A DNA stretch of 64,000 nt from an uncultured bacterium. Lineage in GTDB: Bacteria > Zixibacteria > MSB-5A5 > CAIYYT01. This document shows, one piece after another, positions 10,195 through 20,571 of this stretch. A model generated the notes under the pieces. The model did not search any database, was not told where the DNA came from, and saw only the letters and a list, made by a program, of their open reading frames with translations. A program made the translations under genes and the position numbers. The stretch spans positions 928,001-992,000 of the forward strand of contig CAVSCK010000004.1 in NCBI GenBank assembly GCA_963726455.1. The letters are read 5' to 3'. The stretch's first letter is position 1, and each line of letters begins with the position of its first letter.

Positions 10195-11541
10195 GTCTTC
10201 TCCTTGGCTTTAGAAGTGGCTTGCTGCTGACGAGATCGCGCAATGATGTCAAGCATGGGTGTGAGATTATGCTTCCAACTCTGGCAGATTTCAGTGCCCT
10301 GCAATCCCCGGTCGACGCGCTGAGCCGGACAGCCACCCATGCAGAGCGGCAAGATGTCGCAACTCCTGCACTCGCTCGTCCTCGAACGGATCGAAACTGA
10401 ATAATCTGGTGAAATTGGGATGCTGAAAATCAATGTAGTTACGAATATTGCCCATCGATCTTTCCGGATCTCCGACATAATTCCAACAGCGGCAGATATT
10501 CCCCTCCGGATCGACGATAAAGCCGTTAATATGCTGGGCCATGCAATATATCGCGCTCGGACTCGGCAATTTCTGGACCGCAAATCCTTCGTCCAGCAAC
10601 TGGCGATAGAAACCGATTTCCACCTCGGAGAATTGCACGGTATCAAAGCATGTGTCAGCTATCGCGGCGCACGTCATTGATGACGGTTCAAGCTGGCCGA
10701 AGTAGACCGCTATTCGCTGCTGCAGTCCGGCCGCCTTAAGTTGCCCCAGCAATTCGGACATGGCCGCGAGGTCAACCGTCTTGTCAACGTTGACGCGGAC
10801 CGATATCATCATCTTGCTCGAAGCATATTTGACATTATCCAAAATCGTCTGGAACGAATCTTTGCCGTTCTTCAACGGCCGCCGCTGATTGTGCAGGCGC
10901 TCGGGACCATCGAGCGTGACCTGGCAAATCGAGACGTGCAGTTCCGCCAGTTTGTCCACCACATCCTTGGTCATTAGATATCCGTTGGTGACAATCGAAG
11001 ACGTGTAGGCGAACTGCTTCTCGCGCCCGAGATCGATCAGACTCTCCGCCAGATCCTCTATGATGTCCATCGCCAGTAGCGGTTCACCACCGTACCAATC
11101 CACATCAACCTTGTCGAGTGACTTTGCCTGCTTGTCGACGAAGCCGATGATGCCTTCCACGATCTCCGGGCTCATCTTGCCCTTCTTGTTGCCTTCGAAG
11201 CAATACGGGCAGGCCATATTGCAGGCCATTGTCGGGGCAATCACCAGTCCCAGCGTCCGTCGGTCGTAGCGCGTGCTTTGATGCAGAAATTTCAGCCATT
11301 GGACTTCATTCTCCGAATCAGGAAGCATGAACTTCCCAAATTCAAGCTGCTTCTGCAGTTCGGTCTCCGCGGCATTGAGTGTCGAAGTATCACCACCATT
11401 AGTGCTGCTGCTCGCCAGCCGCAGATACGTCTGGTAGTTTGCCTCTGTCATGAGAGCTAACGCGCCCGTGCGCGCATTAAACGCGATGTAGTACCCCTGT
11501 TGCCAGGGTCGAAAGAGGTTATAGAGGGAGACTTTACTCAT
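10191..11541 (-). CDS. Radical SAM/SPASM peptide maturase with N-terminal RRE-like domain; +1 frameshift near 10375
   Basis: CNMACPYC, WYGGEPLL, QVTLDG; the SPASM tail CRSCDILPLCMGGCP...C lies in the neighbouring frame, which ends at 10191 overlapping the next ATG. Confidence 0.85.
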
Positions 11542-11835
11542 ACGGCGACACGCTTCTTCATTACATGTGATGCGTTACGAATCGTGACCGACTAATCAGT
11601 AGAACCTCATGCTAGTTCGAAGCGCCGAATTCTGATCGATTGCCTGATAGCCCAGTGAAAGCATCAAATAAATACTCGTTAGAGCGACTTTTGTCAAGTC
11701 GTATTTGAGCTCTGAGCGATGACCGAGTTTCGTTTTGCTCGGATGCATAATACTTTGAACAACAATCTTTGTGCGGCAACCGGCAGGCGTCAGAAGAGGC
11801 GTGTCCACGAGTGAAAGTGATCGTCTTGGCGGGTA

Positions 11836-11864
11836 AGAAAGAGGGAGGGGACTAAGCCCCTCCC
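11836..11864 (-). terminator. Stem-loop between precursor and maturase genes
   Basis: GGGAGGGG/CCCCTCCC stem just after the precursor stop, followed by TCTTTCTT on the minus strand. Confidence 0.7.
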
Positions 11865-11867
11865 GAT

Positions 11868-11987
11868 TCATGTCCGACTCAGATAGGACTCGGGCTTAAT
11901 TCCGTAGCACGGATATACGACACCCTTGCACTTGAAGAACGTGCAAGCGTCGATGCCCGGGTTTTGTGGATCAATCAAATAGATCAT
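11868..11987 (-). CDS. RiPP precursor peptide MIYLIDPQNPGIDACTFFKCKGVVYPCYGIKPESYLSRT (39 aa)
   Basis: Translated by hand; AGGAGG RBS 5 nt before ATG; 3 Cys and a CYG motif; co-oriented upstream of three rSAM genes; hairpin after stop. Confidence 0.85.
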   Translation of the reverse strand: MIYLIDPQNPGIDACTFFKCKGVVYPCYGIKPESYLSRT

Positions 11988-12903
11988 TAAAACCTCCTGG
12001 GGTTAAGTGAAGGGTCACTGAAGGGCCGAAGCCCTTCCGTATCAATGAAACTACCTTTTGATACGTCTATAACACTTACGCTCTGCCCGTTTCACGGGCA
12101 GGTACAGGATAGTTCCTCCGAGTGGCAGGCGGGTCAAACACCTGCTTTGGTTCACTAAACGTCTGGGAAGCGCGTCGATTTCATGCCGAAGACGACTCAG
12201 TACCGCTTACAAAGTATGATAAATTAAGGACTTCAACAATTGCTCGCCGCTATGATAGCATCTTTTGAATGTCAAAGTCAAGAGTTTTTGGAATGAAACA
12301 TTACCAAAAGTAACCGGATAATCGTTAAGACACACCAAACTTGCAGTCTGAACATTTGTCCGGCTTGATGGGAACGGCGAACAAGCAGTCGCGGCGCGGA
12401 GAACGTATCCTTCGCGCCGCGCAGAACACTTTGGAAATCTAGGCCGGGTCCACTCCGTACATCGGATAGAACCTGGGACTGCACAGTTTCTTGAGCGTGC
12501 AACCGCTGATCGATGTGTCCTGGGGATCGATCAAATAAATCATCGGGATTCCTCCTATGATGAATTTGGAGTTTTGCTGACGTGGGCCTGCGGCCCACCC
12601 CGTATCATGAACCTCTGATACGTTTCTTGCTTATGCGACCTCGTTCGTTTGCCACCTGTCGAAAACTAGGACATCCAGTCTTTCGATGCAATAGCCAATT
12701 CTCGACAATCCATCCTGGCTAGTGAGACGGCCTACTACACCTGCTGAAACAAGCAATGTCCGCTCCGGTGCGAAACTATAGAGGTAACAATTCGATCAGT
12801 TGAAAGAATATTACGATTTGCCCGCCCATTTGTCAATGAAAATGAATCTTGGTAAGACGATGAACTGAACGTCGACCGCTAGCGTGTCGGGCATGTTGCG
12901 CAG

Positions 12904-15549
12904 CTAAAGCACTGGATGCTCTTGATCTGCCCGTTGGCCCGCATTCCTGAGCAACTCAGTATTGATTGCCTCCGCTAATTCGCGGCGGGAATATGGCTTT
13001 CTGACAAACGCCGTGACTCCCAGAGTCTGCAATTTACTGACTCTGTCGGTCGTCGCATATCCACTGACGAGAATTGCCCTTTGCTGTGGATGTATCTTGA
13101 GGATTGCCTCGTAAGTGTCTAGTCCGTCAAAATCCTTTTCCAGAATCATGTCCAGTAAGACAAGGTCCACCGACCGGCCAGAGAGATAAACAACGGCCTC
13201 GTGGCCGTTAGTAACCAGTTCCACCTCGTAACCAAGACTTCCGAGGATTTGTCTTGCTATCTCCCTCTGTTCCGAGTCATCCTCCACCACCAGAATCTTC
13301 ACCGGTGTTGGCCCCGGCTCATAGTTCTTCTGTTCAGCAGGGCACGATGTCATAATCGGTGCCGATGTCGCCGGGAAGAACAGTAAGAACTCTGCGCCCC
13401 TACCCGGCTCCGAAAGGACGTCATAGTACCCTTTGTGATCCTTCACTATGCCATGAACAACTGCCAGACCCAGTCCGCTGCCGCTGGCGCCCATCGGCTT
13501 GCTTGAATAATAGGGATGAAAGATCTTATACACGTCCTCTGGATTTATCCCGACGCCCGAATCCTTCACGCTCACGACTACATATTCACCCGGTTCGATT
13601 CCGTTGAATCCACTGGGAAGTTGGGTATACTGGCCGGAGTACGTTCTTATCGTCAATTCGCCCCGGTCGCCGATAGCTTCGAATGCATTCACCACCAGAT
13701 TCATGATGGCTTTCATCAGATGCGATGCCGAACCACTGATATTCGGCAAGGTGTCCGGTAGCGCAACATTCACGGAAATGTTAGGGTGATTTTCCCTCAG
13801 CGAGAGGAAATTCGGTGACTCCAGATATTGTCTAAGCACTTCGTTGACATCAGTCGGCTTGGTTTCGTATCGACCCCGTCGCGCCAGCGCCAGCAGATCC
13901 TGAATAACATCAGCGGCGTCTCTCGCCGCCTTCGACATGATTTCCAGTTGGCGCCGATGCGGACTATCCGACGGCAGTTTCATCATTATCAACTCAGGGT
14001 AAGCCACCAGTGGCCCCAGAATATTGTTCAGGTCGTGCGCTACCCCGCCGGCCAGCAACGCCAATGATTCTGCACGCTCCGCTTTCTCCAACCGGCGCTG
14101 CAAGATTTCCTGCTGCTCGGCTTCGTGCAGCCGCAATGTGATATCGCGCGCGACACCGACGATGCCGGCAACCTTCCCGCGCTCGTAGTACGGCTGTTCG
14201 TTGACTTCCAGTACCAGCCGATGCTTCTGCTTGTGGTATATCTCCACCTGATACGGCGGGAATGTGATTCCCTCTTCCATCGCCCGTTCCGTAAAGTCGA
14301 TCACCTTGGCATTGGCAGGACTGTCGGTCAGGTAGCTGGTATAGTGCCGCATCCACTCCTGCGGCGTATATCCGGTCACGGCCTCCACCGAATGCGAGAC
14401 GTAGTGGAAGATTCCCTGAGTATCGTGGCGATATATGAAGTCGCTCGTATTCTCCAGCAGCACCCGTTGCTCGGCAGCCAGTTCTGACACCTTTGTCGCC
14501 GCATCTTTCAATGCTTCTTCCGTGTGCTTGCGCTCGACTATCTCATCTACCAGACTGCTGTTCTGATGGAAGAATTGGTCAATGAGATAGGCAATCAGCC
14601 CGAACTCTCCCCCCTCCATTTTTAGATTCTGAATATACTTTGCGTCGTCTTCCGACAGTGCGCGCGATATAGAAGCAAGCGGCCGCGATACCCAGAATCG
14701 CAGCGTATACCAGCCCACCAGGATCAGCAAACTGCAAAAGACGATAATCACCGCCGTGCGGGTATTAACTGCGCGATTGTATTCAGCCAGGAATCCCGAT
14801 CGACTTTCACTTCTGACGACCGTCACGGGAAAACTATTCCAACCGTACAGCGTATCCGCCGTGCGCACTTGTGCTTCATGCAGGTCAGACATCCATTGCG
14901 TAAGAGGCGAGTTCCCGATCTCCACCAGCGTGATGTTGGCCTCCGACAGCCGTTCCAATTCCCTCACATAATCTGATGACCACAAGCGCCCAACCAGCAA
15001 ATAGCCCACTGGCGGGGTGCTCCGTCCCTCATCCGCACTCGGTTGAATCGGTGCGCCACACATTTCCATGGGTCCGAGCGGCGTCGACACGAAGAAATGA
15101 GGAAACATGCCGTTGGCGAACAGGTGTTCACTGTTAGCGGTGAGAAATGGCTCCATTGCCACAACTTCGCCCGCGACCTTGCACACTGCGTAGACCTGCG
15201 CCATATCGGTTCGGAATACCCAGGCAGCAGTGGCATCATACGTTTCAATGCCCACATCTATGTTTTCGTGCGCCCAGCCGCTATCCGACGTCTTCACGAA
15301 AGTAACCATGTCGTCCCAGAAACTATAGTCGTAGGCAAGTGTCACAAGCGATGTGCCGTTTAGTTCGATGATCTTGTGTAGTAGCTTCTGTTCGCTGGTT
15401 TCCTGGTCAACCAGAATTGATTTTGCGCGGTCTGTTTCAGAATGATGCAGTACGATCATACCGCAAAGCAGTATCCCGACCAGTACGATCAGCAGGAATA
15501 ACAGACGTGTCTGCACTGTGGCCACGATAGTCCCCTGTTGCCTTCGCAT
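12904..15549 (-). CDS. Hybrid sensor histidine kinase (CHASE4-like sensor, PAS, HisKA, HATPase, receiver)
   Basis: DYSFWDDM sensor motif, GGVAHDLNN, NLVVNA, D.G.GI, GSGLGL, receiver ILVVEDD...LLDMIL...KP. Confidence 0.92.
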   Translation of the reverse strand: MRRQQGTIVATVQTRLLFLLIVLVGILLCGMIVLHHSETDRAKSILVDQETSEQKLLHKIIELNGTSLVTLAYDYSFWDDMVTFVKTSDSGWAHENIDVGIETYDATAAWVFRTDMAQVYAVCKVAGEVVAMEPFLTANSEHLFANGMFPHFFVSTPLGPMEMCGAPIQPSADEGRSTPPVGYLLVGRLWSSDYVRELERLSEANITLVEIGNSPLTQWMSDLHEAQVRTADTLYGWNSFPVTVVRSESRSGFLAEYNRAVNTRTAVIIVFCSLLILVGWYTLRFWVSRPLASISRALSEDDAKYIQNLKMEGGEFGLIAYLIDQFFHQNSSLVDEIVERKHTEEALKDAATKVSELAAEQRVLLENTSDFIYRHDTQGIFHYVSHSVEAVTGYTPQEWMRHYTSYLTDSPANAKVIDFTERAMEEGITFPPYQVEIYHKQKHRLVLEVNEQPYYERGKVAGIVGVARDITLRLHEAEQQEILQRRLEKAERAESLALLAGGVAHDLNNILGPLVAYPELIMMKLPSDSPHRRQLEIMSKAARDAADVIQDLLALARRGRYETKPTDVNEVLRQYLESPNFLSLRENHPNISVNVALPDTLPNISGSASHLMKAIMNLVVNAFEAIGDRGELTIRTYSGQYTQLPSGFNGIEPGEYVVVSVKDSGVGINPEDVYKIFHPYYSSKPMGASGSGLGLAVVHGIVKDHKGYYDVLSEPGRGAEFLLFFPATSAPIMTSCPAEQKNYEPGPTPVKILVVEDDSEQREIARQILGSLGYEVELVTNGHEAVVYLSGRSVDLVLLDMILEKDFDGLDTYEAILKIHPQQRAILVSGYATTDRVSKLQTLGVTAFVRKPYSRRELAEAINTELLRNAGQRADQEHPVL

Positions 15550-15874
15550 CTTTCTGCCTCCCCTGTGGATCCGGCATTACCGTTTAGCGGGGAGAATACT
15601 CTGATTTTATCGTCAGAGGCGTGCTTCTCCTGAAGACACCACCGGGCAGCCAAAAACTCGAAAATCTCAGCCATAACACTGCAAATCCTCTCGCTTGCAC
15701 CTGCTTAGGCGACAAAAAAGTATTTGACAATTCCACACAAATTGGGTAATTTGGGGTGGCTTTTTGTAATCACTGCTAGTGGTTACAATCGCCTCAAGAA
15801 GTCTCGCAGGATATTCGCCTTGAATACTTGCGGCCTGCCTGAACTTCATAGCGTTTAGGAGCCGGAGCCGACTA

Positions 15875-16717
15875 ATGTCCGACAAAGCCATCAAGGGTTA
15901 CCTGATGCAACTGGGCCTGACTGATTACGAGTCCAAGGTCTACCTCTCTCTGCTCAAAAAGAACGCGTTTTCGGCCACCGCGCTCTCGCAGGCCTCCGAA
16001 GTGCCTCGCACTCGCATCTATGAAGTGCTCGAAAACCTCAGTCAGAAAGGTCTCTGCACGGAAATCCTCGGCAGCGTGAAAGAATACCGGGCTGTGAGTC
16101 CCGATCGCGCGATTGAACGGCTGCTGGAAAAACAGAAATCGGATCTGCGGCAGAAAGAGGATTTGGCCGATTCGGTCGCTTCATCGCTCTTGAAATTGCA
16201 TGCTCAGGGTCTTGTCAATCGTGATCCCGCAGACTACGTGGAACTCTACCGCGAGCCCCGGCAGGTTGGTGAGAAATTCGTCCAGCTCCTGTGTGAAGCC
16301 AACCGCGAAATTCTCGTTTGCGTCAAGCCGCCTTTCGTCAACGCAGACCAGGTCTTGCGCCGGCAGAATCAGGAAGAACTCAAATCGATGAAACGCGGGG
16401 TCACATATCAGGCGTTGTACGAAGCCCGCACACTGCAAAACGATGGCACTTGGCAGCCGGCCCATATGAAAAAGACAACGGACGCAGGCGGCAGCGTTCG
16501 CATCATCGAGGAGTTGCCTCTCAAGATGGCGATCTTCGACGAAAGCGAGGTCATCTTCGCCATGGAGGACTTCAATCCTTTCACGAAGACTCAGACTTCG
16601 CTGGTCATCAAGCATCATGCTCTGGCGACAACTCTGAAACTGCTGTTCAACTGCTTGTGGGCCACCGGCGCGGATTATCGCAAGTGGTGGGATCACCAGC
16701 GATCGAATGGGAAATAG
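15875..16717 (+). CDS. TrmB-family transcriptional regulator
   Basis: LGLTDYESKVYLSLL...SEVPRTRIYEVLENL..KGL HTH; PLD-like effector domain (LKMAIFD). Confidence 0.9.
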   Translation: MSDKAIKGYLMQLGLTDYESKVYLSLLKKNAFSATALSQASEVPRTRIYEVLENLSQKGLCTEILGSVKEYRAVSPDRAIERLLEKQKSDLRQKEDLADSVASSLLKLHAQGLVNRDPADYVELYREPRQVGEKFVQLLCEANREILVCVKPPFVNADQVLRRQNQEELKSMKRGVTYQALYEARTLQNDGTWQPAHMKKTTDAGGSVRIIEELPLKMAIFDESEVIFAMEDFNPFTKTQTSLVIKHHALATTLKLLFNCLWATGADYRKWWDHQRSNGK

Positions 16718-17074
16718 TAGTAGTGGGCAATCTGCCTCCGGAAACTTGCCTTTGATACGATGGAATATGTCCCGACGGTGGTAACACCCCGGAAGGATTT
16801 TCAATAGTCACAATCGAAACCACGACCGTGTCGCATTGTCGCAGTGCGCCGCCGCCGGAATCGAGAGTATGCAGATATTCCTAAACGCCATTAGGGTCAC
16901 CTACCGGAGAATTAGATGCTATTCACATAGCGATAGTCAGACTTTATCAATCCCAACATCTAGACCGCTGATCGCGGAGGAGTTGCCTATGTCCCATCGT
17001 CCGTATTAGTCCTCTCTGCGGATATTAACCATCATCGGTCGCATCTCGAAGGATGCGACAAGGAAAGTTTAACT

Positions 17075-20000
17075 ATGAACCAATGTAGAATTCAGCGTTG
17101 CCTCGTGATTCTGATTCTCGCCGTGCTCGCGATCTTTGTGTCGTTTGCGTACGCGGAGAAGAAGATTCCCAGCCCGATTGTAACTAACGGATCGGCTCCC
17201 GCCAATCCCAATTGGGACCTGAAAGCCCAGCAACAAGGCGATCAGTCGCATGATCCTGCCATCCAGAAAGACGAATGGGACGTTCCCAATCCGAACGATG
17301 CCGCAATTGCCCAGTCACCGGAAGGCGGTCTCGCTGTCGGCGATGATTGCTCCAATCCCATTTCGATTTCACTGCCGGCCCAACTGCCATACAGCGATCT
17401 GAGCCAGACAACTTGTGGCCGGCTGAACAACTATGACGCCACCTGTCTCGGAAACTATGACGGCGGCGAGGACATCATTTACAAAGTCGATGTCACTACC
17501 TCCACTATGATCAACATTACGCTCAACCCCAAGGGAACTACCTATACCGGTTTCCTGGTGGATGATGCCTGTCCGCCTGATCCTTCGACGTGTATCGCCA
17601 AGAGCACCAACTCCTCTTCGACGGCACACACCATAAAGAATCTCACGCTGGCCCCAGGCACCTATTACATCATGGTCGACACCTGGCCATCACCCGCCTG
17701 TATCCCCAGCTTCGATCTTTCAATAATTGCGTCTCCGCCACCGCCGGTTAATGACAACTGCGCCAGTGCCACGCCGATCGGCGACGTTTCCGGCCTGGCA
17801 TTTTCTACGCTGTACGCCAGTATCGATGGCCCCGGCGGCTTCATCTATTCGCCTAACATCTGGTATTGCTACACCGCTTCTTTGACCGGCGTGGCCACCG
17901 CCACCCTTTGCGGCTCGATGTTTGATACCAAGATTCGCGTGTGGAACGGTTGCACTTGCCCGCCCACTTCCCTACTGGCTCAAAACGACGACGGCTGTTC
18001 CGGTTATCCCACCGGCAACACTTATGCCTCAAAGTTGTCGTTCGACGTAATTGCCGGCCAAACATACCTCATCGAGGTAGGCGGCTACAGTCCCTCGCAA
18101 ATGGGCGACGGCACGATGACCATTACTTCCATCGTCCCCCCAATCGGTGATGCCTGCGCCGTGCCAATCGTTGTTGGTATGTCGCCATCCGCTTTGCCGT
18201 TTACCATCGCTAACCAGTACACTTGCGGCAGAAGCGACAACTACAACTCTACCTGTCTGGGCAGCTACGACGGCGGTGAGGATATCATCTACCGCATAGA
18301 CGTCACTCAGCCCACCTATGTCGATGTCACACTGAATCCGAAAGGAACAAGCTATACCGGATTTCTTATCGATGACGCCTGTCCGCCTGATCCAACGACC
18401 TGCTTATATGTCAAGACCAACAGCGGCAGTGCCGCCTATGGCCTGACGAATGTCTTTCTCGCCGTCGGATCGTACTACCTTATGGTCGATACCTATCCGA
18501 GCCCGGCTTGCGTTCCGGACTTCGACCTCACTTTCTCAGTACCGGTTGGCGCTCCGATGAACGATAACTGCGCTACCGCTACCGCAATCGGTAATGTCAC
18601 GGACCTGGCCTTCTCGACCGCGTCCGCCACATTCGACGGCCCCGGCGGCTATATCGTATCGCCGAACGTCTGGTACTTGTACACAGCTCCCTGCACCGGC
18701 TCGGTCGACATAAGTCTCTGTAATTCCAATTTCGATACCAAAATGCGTGTGTGGAATGGAAGTACTTGCCCGCCCACGACGGTCGCGGCTCAGGACGATG
18801 ACGGCTGCAATACTCCCAACGGCCTTGCATCGATGGTGAGTTTCGCCACGGTTGCAGGCAGCCAGTACCTGATCGAAATCGGCGGTTACGGCCAAGCCAC
18901 CGGCAATGGCTTCCTGACTACCAATTGCACGCCGGCGCCGCCAAACGATAATTGCCAGGACGTCGTTCCGGTTGACCTGTTTGCGGGTTCGCCGCTTACC
19001 TTCACCGGCGACAATCGTGGCTCCACGAATGACTGTTCGTTGCTTCTGCGCGCACAGGCCTGGCATGCCTTTACGATTACCGAGTGCATGAACGTCACCA
19101 TTGACTTCTGTTCGACAACTCCTGCCTTCGGTAGCGTGTACGTCGTCGTTATGCAGGGTTGCCCGTGCGGCAGCTACACATACGGTTCCTACGACTGGGC
19201 TGCCTGCGGCGATGGCAACGTCACCATGACGTATAGCGCCCTGATGCCGGGAACTTATTACATTCCTGTCCTGCTCGATCCGGCTTTAAACGCCGCAGGG
19301 CCGTACACGATTCACGTCAATGCTTCATCCGTGGCGTCCATGTGTTCTGCCGGCGCCACCACTTGCGATGAATACATCAGCAACGTCCAGGTCGGCACAA
19401 TCGACAACAGTTCATCCTGCGGCACGGGCGGATACACCGATTACACTTCCATCTCTACCGAGATGATCAAGGGTGTCGGCTATCCGATAACCGTAACCAA
19501 CGGCCTGCCGTACTCTCAGGATGCTTGTGGCATCTGGGTCGATTGGAATGGTGATTTCTGCATCGACGCCGGTGAGCAAGTAGCGGTCTCCGGCAACCCG
19601 GGTGGCGGCCCCTATACAGCAGTGATCAATCCTCCCTGCAATATTGCGACCGGCCCGAAATTGCTGCGCATTCGTATTCTCTACTACTCTGTACCGACCC
19701 CTTGCGGCCTGAGCGAGTATGGAGAAGTCGAAGACTACACTATTAATCTTGTTGATCCGCCAGCCGTTCCTCCGACTGCGGTCGCCATCCCTGATCCGCA
19801 GTTTGTGTATTACGAATATGCGGTCGATCCGGTCACGGACTCCTTCTACATCGGTAATTTTGCCGGTGGACACACTTTCGCGGATATCAATCTCGAGAGC
19901 GTTAAAGTCAACGGCCTGACTCCGGCCAACGTAACCGTACTTCCGAGTTATCCCGGATTCTACTGCCCCGTTGTTTGCGCCACGATGCCCTGTGCTGCCT

Positions 20001-20371
20001 TCCTGGCGCCGCTGGGCGTCCTGTACGATACGACGTCTCACACCTACCACGTATCCTGGGCATACAACGATGCAACTCGGGATTCAATTGCCGGAACTGT
20101 GACCCTGATTGGCCATACTTCCGCCTCGCCAGGTCAGTTTATTGCGCCTGCCGGAATCGTAGTCGTCCCTGGTGACTTCGATTTGTCGGGCCAGATTGAT
20201 ATCAGTGACCCAGTCGCGATGATCGGATACATTTTCAACAGCCAACCGGGACCGCAGAATCTCAGCATTGGTGATGTCAACTGCTCAGGTGGTTTCGACA
20301 TTTCCGACGTTGTCTACATGATTCAGTATATTTTCTCGGGTGGTTCCACCCTTTGTAACGCCGGGAAGTAG
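17075..20371 (+). CDS. Large secreted Cys-rich protein with repeated beta-sandwich domains, GEVED domain and dockerin-like tail
   Basis: Signal peptide; duplicated (TCGR..NY..TCLG.YDGGEDIIY)+(NDNCA.AT.IG...FDTK.RVW) modules; YGEVEDY; GDFDLSGQIDISD...GDVNCSGGFDISDVVYMIQYIF. Confidence 0.85.
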   Translation: MNQCRIQRCLVILILAVLAIFVSFAYAEKKIPSPIVTNGSAPANPNWDLKAQQQGDQSHDPAIQKDEWDVPNPNDAAIAQSPEGGLAVGDDCSNPISISLPAQLPYSDLSQTTCGRLNNYDATCLGNYDGGEDIIYKVDVTTSTMINITLNPKGTTYTGFLVDDACPPDPSTCIAKSTNSSSTAHTIKNLTLAPGTYYIMVDTWPSPACIPSFDLSIIASPPPPVNDNCASATPIGDVSGLAFSTLYASIDGPGGFIYSPNIWYCYTASLTGVATATLCGSMFDTKIRVWNGCTCPPTSLLAQNDDGCSGYPTGNTYASKLSFDVIAGQTYLIEVGGYSPSQMGDGTMTITSIVPPIGDACAVPIVVGMSPSALPFTIANQYTCGRSDNYNSTCLGSYDGGEDIIYRIDVTQPTYVDVTLNPKGTSYTGFLIDDACPPDPTTCLYVKTNSGSAAYGLTNVFLAVGSYYLMVDTYPSPACVPDFDLTFSVPVGAPMNDNCATATAIGNVTDLAFSTASATFDGPGGYIVSPNVWYLYTAPCTGSVDISLCNSNFDTKMRVWNGSTCPPTTVAAQDDDGCNTPNGLASMVSFATVAGSQYLIEIGGYGQATGNGFLTTNCTPAPPNDNCQDVVPVDLFAGSPLTFTGDNRGSTNDCSLLLRAQAWHAFTITECMNVTIDFCSTTPAFGSVYVVVMQGCPCGSYTYGSYDWAACGDGNVTMTYSALMPGTYYIPVLLDPALNAAGPYTIHVNASSVASMCSAGATTCDEYISNVQVGTIDNSSSCGTGGYTDYTSISTEMIKGVGYPITVTNGLPYSQDACGIWVDWNGDFCIDAGEQVAVSGNPGGGPYTAVINPPCNIATGPKLLRIRILYYSVPTPCGLSEYGEVEDYTINLVDPPAVPPTAVAIPDPQFVYYEYAVDPVTDSFYIGNFAGGHTFADINLESVKVNGLTPANVTVLPSYPGFYCPVVCATMPCAAFLAPLGVLYDTTSHTYHVSWAYNDATRDSIAGTVTLIGHTSASPGQFIAPAGIVVVPGDFDLSGQIDISDPVAMIGYIFNSQPGPQNLSIGDVNCSGGFDISDVVYMIQYIFSGGSTLCNAGK

Positions 20372-20419
20372 ATGCAGTAAGCTCTCACGGTAAGATCTAT
20401 GACCTTAGCGTCATTCTAC

Positions 20420-20462
20420 AAGGCGAGTGTCCGGCAACGACCGGACTCTCGCTTTATTTTTT
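20420..20462 (+). terminator. Intrinsic terminator
   Basis: GCGAGTGTCCGG...CCGGACTCTCGC stem followed by TTTATTTTTT. Confidence 0.75.
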
Positions 20463-20507
20463 GATCCACTGGAACGTCACTGCGTGTCCACCGAAGTGAT
20501 AGACTCA

Positions 20508-20566
20508 CGTCATTACGAGGAGTGCGTTTTGAAATGGAATAGTGTAGGGAGCGACGAAGCGATCTA
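20508..20566 (+). repeat. CGTCATT(G/A)CGAG...CGACGAAGC(A/G)ATCT repeat element, intergenic copy
   Basis: Same ends as copies at 48308-48367 and 55062-55121. Confidence 0.7.
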
Positions 20567-20571
20567 TCTGA

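Noticed and set aside
10370-10380. Programmed ribosomal frameshift
   Set aside because: No slippery sequence or stimulatory structure evident
11596-11871. 91-aa ORF as precursor or PqqD/RRE protein
   Set aside because: Runs through the terminator hairpin, lacks an RBS and recognisable motifs; the 39-aa ORF upstream is a much better precursor
12278-12598. 106-aa ORF upstream of the precursor
   Set aside because: No RBS or recognisable domain; composition looks non-coding
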